A DNA stretch of 64,000 nucleotides, from the NCBI RefSeq assembly GCF_001194135.2, contig NC_068990.1, positions 65,096,397-65,160,396 of the forward strand. The letters run 5' to 3'. The notes under the pieces are model-generated. The model made no database searches. It worked only from the letters and a program-made list of their open reading frames with translations, and had not been told where the DNA came from. The position numbers were made by a program, and so were the translations under genes. This document shows positions 53,601 to 62,800 of the stretch, in pieces. Positions within the stretch are counted from its first letter, which is position 1. Every line of letters begins with the position of its first letter. The stretch comes from Octopus bimaculoides. Lineage: Eukaryota.

Positions 53601-56404
53601 CAACTTTGAAAAGTACCTTGGGAATGAAAACCCAGGTTCGAAATTTCCCCAAGACACCTGATGAAGGCTGGAAAGTATATCAGCCAAAATGTTGTGTTAA
53701 CAACAAACAAGATGAGGACAAATATCCATCAAATGTAAATAATGCAAATATTGTAAATAATGTACATAATTCCTCATCTCTTAAATATAGAACTGTATTA
53801 TCTTAATTTTGTTAAACATGGCAATTTATTCTTCCCCCCCACCCTCCACCTTCAATCCTCTCAGCACCTTCCCCTGTCAGCGACAATGCATGCAGAGCAA
53901 AAATGAAATTTCTCAAAATCAAAGTCTGCATCAGTGATCAGGCATTTAGTTCAATGGTTACAGCTTCAATCCATTTGACCAGTTTGTCCACATGTGTTAC
54001 TCACAAACAAAACTGCACTAGAAACCTCAATGGGATGTTTTTAACCTGCTAGAAATAACAGACCTGAGTACGTGCAGCAGAATCAGATTCTGCTAAAGGT
54101 ACCCAAGGCTGACTATTGGTATTATTAAACTAACTAATGGATTAAATCTGCCACCCAGGAACATGGTCAAAATCTCTGATAGACTTCAACAAAGCTCTAG
54201 TCAAATCAAGGTTATGAAGAAGACATTTGTCCAAAGTGCCATATGGTACTTTGGACAGGTGTCTCAATACTCAAGCGAAGACTTGGGCAGTCATAGCTAG
54301 AATAACTCTGATCACACACCTCCTCAACCATGACTGACTCGGGGCTAAACAACAACCTCCAGTGACATAGTTTGTATATAGTCATATGATGTGTTTATTG
54401 TAACAATGAAATATGATGTCTCAACAAATATATTTGTGTCTTTAAATAGAAACTAAATATTTTAAGTGATAAATTGAAATGATTATTCCCTTATTATAAA
54501 GAGTGGATAGGAGCCCTTGGCTATAAATGCCTATTAAGTACATTATTTGATCTGCTTCATCTGTGGTATAGGTTTGCTCAAACAGACCTGGTTAGCACTA
54601 CCCAATTTTAATAGCAAGAAATCCCTATTATTGCCTATAAATCCCTACTGTTGCCACCTCTATGAAGATCATCACACCATTACATTATGACTAACATCAT
54701 CTTGTAATTCGTTGTGTCTAAAATATTTGTAGTGAGTGTTGTCAGAGTTGAAGCTAAATTGTAGTAAGTCTAAGTATGCTTATATAATTATAACTGATTG
54801 TCACATGATTTGCAGTGAAACTTATAATTGATTTCAGCTTATTTTAATGTTTTCTATTCCTATAGCCTCAAGATTCTGTTACTACTGCTTTGTCTTAATA
54901 GCTAGACTTGCAATTATGAAGAAAATAAGATTGCAAGAGTGAAAATGAGAGCCATTTGTTTGGCTTAGAAAGGCCAAAAGTGTGACCTTTAACCTTATCA
55001 TTTCCACCATCACCACCACCACCACCTCATACAACACCATCCATGACAGCACAATTGCATAACAATGAATAGCATTTTATTGGTGTTATTTTCAATATTT
55101 TCTTTTTGTAGGAACATGATCTTCAATTTGGAGATCTTGGAACAATGATTCTTGGATGTGGTCCGTATCATATTGGCAGCAGTGTAGAATTTGACTGGTG
55201 TGCAGTATCTGCTATCCGGTCCCTCAAAGAAGCTAATCGCAGCACCGTATGTATGATGGTTTTTGTTTAATCTATAGACAGTGGAGGCGCAATGGCCCAG
55301 TGGTTAGGGCAGCGGACTCGCGGTCATAGGATCACGGTTTCAATTCCCAGACCGGGCATTGTGAGTGTTTATTGAGCGAAAACACCTAAAGCTCCATGAG
55401 GCTCCAGCAGGAGATGGTGGCGAACCCTGCTGTACTCTTTCACCACAACTTTCTCTCACTCTTTCTTCCTGTTTCTGTTGTACCTGTATTTCAAAGGGCC
55501 AGCCTTGTCACACTGTGTCACGCTGAATATCCCCTTGAACTACGTTAAGAGTACATATGTCTGTGGAGTGCTCAGCCACTTGCACGTTAATTTCACGAGC
55601 AGGCTGTTCCGATCAACTGGAACCCTCGACGTCATAAGTGACGGAGTGCCAACAACAACAATCTATAGACAAATTATTGTCATTTCCTTAATTACTGTCA
55701 TTAGTGATGCAAAATCACTGTTAGCATTATAGTTAATCATCATTATCATTTTGATCATTATTATTATCTATATCATTGTCATTTCACTTTGGTGCAAGGA
55801 AAGAAAAAAAAAATTGTTCAGTGACAGTAAAGAGAATTGCTTTCAGCTATCTTCCTTATTACTCTATGATGTTATGTCTGTTTAATTCTTTAACTAGTTT
55901 CACCTTGAGAGCTGCAGCCATGCTGTGGCACTGCTGTTAAATAAAAATATAATAGAGTACAGATTCGTATTTCACATAATATTTTGCTCTGTTAAATATT
56001 ATCAGGTTTTAAGCTTCTGTTGAGTTTACATTTATCATCACTATCAATATTAAAACAGCACAGCATTGCATAAATCAGATTAATGAAATAAACCCTGCTG
56101 AATTTATATTCAGTTTCTGCGCTAATGCTTAGATTTTGATGAGAAAAAATGCATCATTATGTTATGTTGTATATACATGAAAATATTACTTTCTTCTAAA
56201 TTGAAGAATTTACTCTTTTACTTGCTTCAGTCACTTGACTGCGGCCATGCTGGAGCACCGCCTTTAATCAAGCAAATCAACCCCAGGATTTATTCTTTGT
56301 AAGCCTAGTACTTATTCTATCAGTTGCTTTTGCCAAACCGCTAAGTTATGGGGACGTAAACACACCATCATCGGTTGTCAAGCAATGTTGGGGGGACAAA
56401 CACA

Positions 56405-56442
<38 letters not shown>

Positions 56443-56818
56443 TACATATATACAAATATATATGGCAGGCTTCTTTCAGTTTCCATCTACCAGGGCTTTG
56501 GTCAGTCTGAGGCTATAGTAGAAGACACTTGCTCAAGGTACCACGCAGTGGGAATGAACCCGGAACCATGTGGTTGATGAGCAACCTACTTACCACACAA
56601 CCACTCTTGCACCTATAATTTGTGGATGTTTTTTCATTAACTTTGTTTTGCTCATGGTTATCAGGACTGCATTTTCAGTCCTACACATTCCCTATGTATT
56701 TCTATTTCTTCATCTTTAGAAAGTTTGTCTTGTTCTTACATAACATCATACAATTTCAATTCTCCATATTCATTACATTTTTTCTCTCTGTCTCCCCCCT
56801 CCCCCCTCTCTCTCTCTT

Positions 56819-56888
<70 letters not shown>

Positions 56889-59800
56889 AATAGCTGTGCT
56901 ATTGTTTTTCTTTTCTAGATTGTCATCAATCATAACCCTGAGACTGTAAGTACTGACTTTGATGAATGTGACAAATTGTATTTTGAAGAACTCTCTCTTG
57001 AACGTGTACTTGATATTTACCAGCATGAGGTGAGTAGATCTACTTAGTCTTCACTATTTGGCTGTTTCTACACACACACACATTCTTGTATAAGAATAAT
57101 AAATTTGTCCTCTACAAAAGTATAGAGTAACCAATCAGATTAATGTAAAATTGTTTTTATAACTGAACATAAAAACAGAGATTCTGTCCATTTGTGTGTT
57201 TGTTTGTCCCATAATATGAAAGTAAATGGTTCAAAGGAGGCAACACTAATTGTGCACAAACTTATGATGAACTGCACTGAGGCAAATATTCTCACTGGTT
57301 GTGGTAAATGTGACACCATCTTTATTCCTTGCATACCAGTTATACCATCTAATGTCCTGTTCAAATTTAATCCCTTACAGTTTCCTATCCCACTTCTTTT
57401 GCCATGAGCATTAATAAAAGTCAAGGCCAAACACTAAAACAGAAGTGAATTTATGAAATCCATCTTTTTTCTACTTCAGTTATTACATGTTTTTCTCTTA
57501 TATAATACACACATAGAGGTCGAGTAAACCTAAATCTGACTGTTGGGACACAGTATTTGTAATTTCATTGGACTATTAGTTACTGTTGCCTTGCCTTCCA
57601 ATCCTGTAATATAGTGTTGGAATTTCAGCACTAACGTTGACAGGACACAGCATTTGTAATTTCATTTGACTATTACTAACTGATATTCCTAATAAAAAAA
57701 TGTCTCCTAAAAAAGACCGTCAAAAAATGAACACCAAACAAACACACAATTTGCAGCAGAAAACGAGGATAAGACACATGCAAACCTAAATCTGTTGTCA
57801 TAGTCTCACCCTGGTTCAGATTCAAAACTGAATCTTTCAATTCTCCTTGGGCATACGGCCTATTCAAATGTCAAAAGAAGCCATGACAAATGGGTCTTCC
57901 ACTTCACCTGTGACCTTCTCAGTGCCATCGCACAGTCACCTGAATTCCCTAAAGCTATTCTTCTATATGATATAGCTATTCTTCTTGCTTCATTCACAAT
58001 ATACTGCCTATTCAAACATCAAAAGGAACAGTGACAAATGGATGTTCCACTTAACCTGTCACCTTTTCAGTGCCATCGCACAGTCACCTGAATTCCCTAA
58101 AGCTATTCTTCTATATGATATAGCTATTCTTCTTGCTTCATTCACAATATACTGCCTATTCAAACATCAAAAGGAACAGTGACAAATGGATGTTCCACTT
58201 GACCTGTCACCTTTTCGGTGCCATTCCGGTCACCTGGATTTCGTAAAGTTAGTCTTCTATATGATGTACCCATTCTTCTAGCTTTTTGGTTCTGATATGA
58301 GCATTAATAAAAGTCAGGGCCAAACACTGAAAGTTGCTGGATAGCAACTTGAAGAACAAACAGGAGTGAATATATAAAATCCATCTTTTTTCTACTTCAA
58401 TTATTACATGTTTTTCTCCTATATAATACACACATACAGGACAAGTAAACCTAAATCTGACTGACAGGACACAGCATTTGTAATTTCGTCGGACTGTTAC
58501 TTACTGTTGTCTTGCCTTCCATTTCTGTAATTGCATGGAAAAATGCGAGCAAGAGAAATAATATTCTTAAGATTATAAATCTGGAAAAATACAGGACAAG
58601 TTATTATACTTGGAAAAGTTCAGGACAACTTATTACATCTGGTAAAGTACAGGAAAAAAAAAATTTTACTTAAAATATTACAGCCAAGGATAAAATTTCA
58701 AATAAAATATTTAGATTTAGAAAATATTAGCCTTTATCAAAACTAAAAACTTTATTACAAGTTATTACTTCTATTTGTTATTACTTGTTACTGCTATTAA
58801 AATTTTTTTAAATAACCCAATTAAAATATTTTTTGCACTTTAAAAAAATTCATTTTTTTAAATNNNNNNNNNNNNNNNNNNNNNNNNNNNNNNNNNNNNN
58901 NNNNNNNNNNNNNNNNNNNNNNNNNNNNNNNNNNNNNNNNNNNNNNNNNNNNNNNNNNNNNNNNNNNNNNNNNNNNNNNNNNNNNNNNNNNNNNNNNNNN
59001 NNNNNNNNNNNNNNNNNNNNNNNNNNNNNNNNNNNNNNNNNNNNNNNNNNNNNNNNNNNNNNNNNNNNNNNNNNNNNNNNNNNNNNNNNNNNNNNNNNNN
59101 NNNNNNNNNNNNNNNNNNNNNNNNNNNNNNNNNNNNNNNNNNNNNNNNNNNNNNNNNNNNNNNNNNNNNNNNNNNNNNNNNNNNNNNNNNNNNNNNNNNN
59201 NNNNNNNNNNNNNNNNNNNNNNNNNNNNNNNNNNNNNNNNNNNNNNNNNNNNNNNNNNNNNNNNNNNNNNNNNNNNNNNNNNNNNNNNNNNNNNNNNNNN
59301 NNNNNNNNNNNNNNNNNNNNNNNNNNNNNNNNNNNNNNNNNNNNNNNNNNNNNNNNNNNNNNNNNNNNNNNNNNNNNNNNNNNNNNNNNNNNNNNNNNNN
59401 NNNNNNNNNNNNNNNNNNNNNNNNNNNNNNNNNNNNNNNNNNNNNNNNNNNNNNNNNNNNNNNNNNNNNNNNNNNNNNNNNNNNNNNNNNNNNNNNNNNN
59501 NNNNNNNNNNNNNNNNNNNNNNNNNNNNNNNNNNNNNNNNNNNNNNNNNNNNNNNNNNNNNNNNNNNNNNNNNTGTTGATAATTTTTTCCTTACATCAAC
59601 GATGCCGGTGACATATTAAACATCCCCTAGAACTATATTTATAAAAAAGTATAGGACTATATTATCACCCTCAACTTTGAGAAACAAATGCTAATAACTT
59701 TTTTTCTTTTAACATTTCATTACATGAAGTTGATACCATGAAATACCTGAAATTGAGCTCTATCATTTAAGCTTAATTAAAATATACTTTGTTCTTAAAA

Positions 59801-62800
59801 TAAAAAAAATAATTATACTTAGATCCAATTTTTTGCCTTACTTATATTTTTTTTCATGATATTTTACCTCACAACTTTCTTGATACAAATTTTTGTTGCA
59901 TGGGACCATAACTATGGAATTCTTCACGCTGTCTTCTGTCGTTGAAGCTAAGATAAATATATTTTGCTTTTAAAATAAAAAAATTATTTAGATCTAAACT
60001 TGATTGATGGTGTTACTTACTCTCCCATAACGTCACTACAAATTTTGATGTAAACTGTTTTTCTATTGGACCAAATCTCAAATTTTTTATGCCAAAATGA
60101 AGCTAGGGACCAGTCCTCTGAAAGATGTTGCATGTGAGTAAATTGTGACCTTAAGAATATTATTCAACTACTACCATAATTGAATAATGTTGTGTCCTGT
60201 TATACCATCTAATGTCCCATTGAAATTTAAGCTCTATCCCACTTTCTATTGCCATGAGCATTAATAAAAGTCAGAGCCAAACACTAAAAGTTGCTGGTTT
60301 GCAACTTGAAGAACAAACAGAAATGAATATATGAAATCCATCTTTTTTCTACTTTAATTATTACATGTTTTTCTCTTATATAATACACACATATAGGATG
60401 AATAAACCTAAATCTGACTGACAGGATACAGCATTTGTAATTCCATTTGACCGTTACTTACTGTTATTCCAAATAAAAAAAATGTCTACTAAAAAAAGAC
60501 CCTCAAAAAACGAACACCAAGCAAATGCATGGCGTGCAGTGCTTTTTCTATACCTCCTATGATGCTATTGCCTAATATGTCTCAACAAAAATTATGCAAT
60601 GTGCAACACTAATTGTGCACTGACATAGCATTTGTAATTTCATTTTACTATTACTGACATTCCTAATCAAAAAAATGTCTACTTAAAAAAGATCGTCAAA
60701 AATGAACACCAAACAAAAACATGATGTGCAATGCTTTTTTTATATGAACAGCGATGTTCCACTTCACCTGCAGCCTTTCCACTGCCATTGCAGTCAACTG
60801 GATTTTGTAAAGCTATTCTTCTATATAATATACCCATTTTTCTAGCTTCTCAGTCCAATAAACAGTAAAAGTAATTACCCATTCAACGACAGGTATTACA
60901 GCTATTACACACACACATATATGTATATATATATATATAATACAAACAGACTAATAAGATACAAACAGACTAATAAGATACAAACAGACTAATAAGATAC
61001 AAACAGACTAATAAGGACACATGACCACATACAGGGTATCTTACGTACATTATCTCCATTGTATATTTTCCTTTTTACATCTTGCATTTAGAACTGTAAT
61101 GGCATCATTGTTTCTGTTGGTGGTCAAGTCCCTAATAACCTTGCCCTGCCACTTTACAACCATAATGTGCACATATTTGGTACAAGCCCTTTGATGATTG
61201 ACAATGCTGAGAATCGATCTGTTTTCTCTGCTATCCTTGATGAATTGAATATAGACCAACCAGAATGGCGATCCCTCAGCTCATTGGTAAGTTTTGTTTC
61301 TTTCTCTTCCTTTTCTTTACACCTATCATTTTTAATTTTTAAATAAAAATGAGACCCCACCCCCTTAATTTTGCTCAGATTGCTTTCAATTTTGGTGAAT
61401 CGATGCAACTCTGAATTTTGATTACAATCAACCAATTGCTTTATCTTGTAAATTAAAGAATCTGATGTTATTTGGAATTAAAGTTGGGAAATTTGAGTAA
61501 TTTTAGCCAATCAACAGACAGCGTGGCATTTGCAGCTTGTTACCATGACAACCGCACACTGTGTTGTGGTTCACTGTTGTTTGTGCCACTGTTGTCTGTG
61601 TTGATTTTTCACACCACGAGATACTTTTCACCTGCGTGTTTTGTTTTAATTTTTCTGTGTGTTAGTATATTACATATTTTTCTTTGCTTCTGTGTGTTAG
61701 TGTTTTTTAGTATTCGGTATTCAGCATCTACCTTTCTTCGTTTTGCATTCATGGTCATTGAAATTTTTTCCTATGAATAAAATTAAAATTCAAATTAAAA
61801 ATTTTAACATTTGAATAATCCTATTTTTTTAATGGCAGACCTTTTATTCTATTCAAAAGCCTCGCCTCTCATGTTACAATTGTAATAATACCAGTTAGTT
61901 GTGGGTGATGATGATGATGATGATAAAGGCAGAAATAGGTATGCGTTTGGTGGCAAGGACAAGAGGAAGAAACAAATGAGATCTTAAATGATGACAAATG
62001 TATTATTTGAAAAATACAATAATGAAATAAATCAGGAAAAATCATGGTTCATGTTTTACCTGTTCCATTTCTTTCATTCTTGGATTTTTATTCACACTTT
62101 TAGTTGCTAAACTGTGAATTGCATGGTGACTGTCAGATTATTGGATTTTCTTTTGATTTCTATATAGGATAAGGTGTGTAAATTATGATGGTAACAAACA
62201 CATTTTATTGTATATTATCCACCTTTTGTCATCTGTACTCCTGCATACATGCTAGAAGCTTACTGCCTTCCTGCACTTGAATCCCTGGATTGCACTAACC
62301 TATTACTATACGTGTGTGTGTGTAGCCCACTCTGTGGAGTGGTTGGAGTTAGGAAAGGCATCCAGCTGTAAAACCCATGCAAAAACAGACATAGAAGCAT
62401 GGTGCAGGCTCCTGCCCAGCCAGCTCCTGTCAAACCGTCCAACCCATGCCAGCATGGAAGGAGGATGTTAAATGATGATGATAAATATATATGGACCAGC
62501 TATCCTCATTGACAGCAGGATAAGGCACTTCAGGATATGAAGACAAGGAAAGCCCTTAGTCCATCAGGAATCACAATTCAGGTCCTTAAAATATCTAGTC
62601 ACCCGTATAGTTAATCAGGTTATTCAGGAAGGCGTATTCCCCAATGACTGGTGTAGCAGCACTGTAATCAGCTGCTACATGCTTCCTGAGCCACTCCTAT
62701 GTTTCCTATCGTACCCCTTTCTATACTGGTATTGCCCATCATCTACATCTGCACCCTTGCTCATCACTCACTACATTAATCTCTATCACCACCTGTTTGC

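Noticed and set aside
55285-55360. Possible tRNA gene
   Set aside because: tRNA-like head continues into a SINE body with tail and TSD; no complete cloverleaf
61154-61435. 93-aa minus-strand ORF (similar shadows at 32550-32738 and 43084-43275)
   Set aside because: Antisense shadows of real CPS exons
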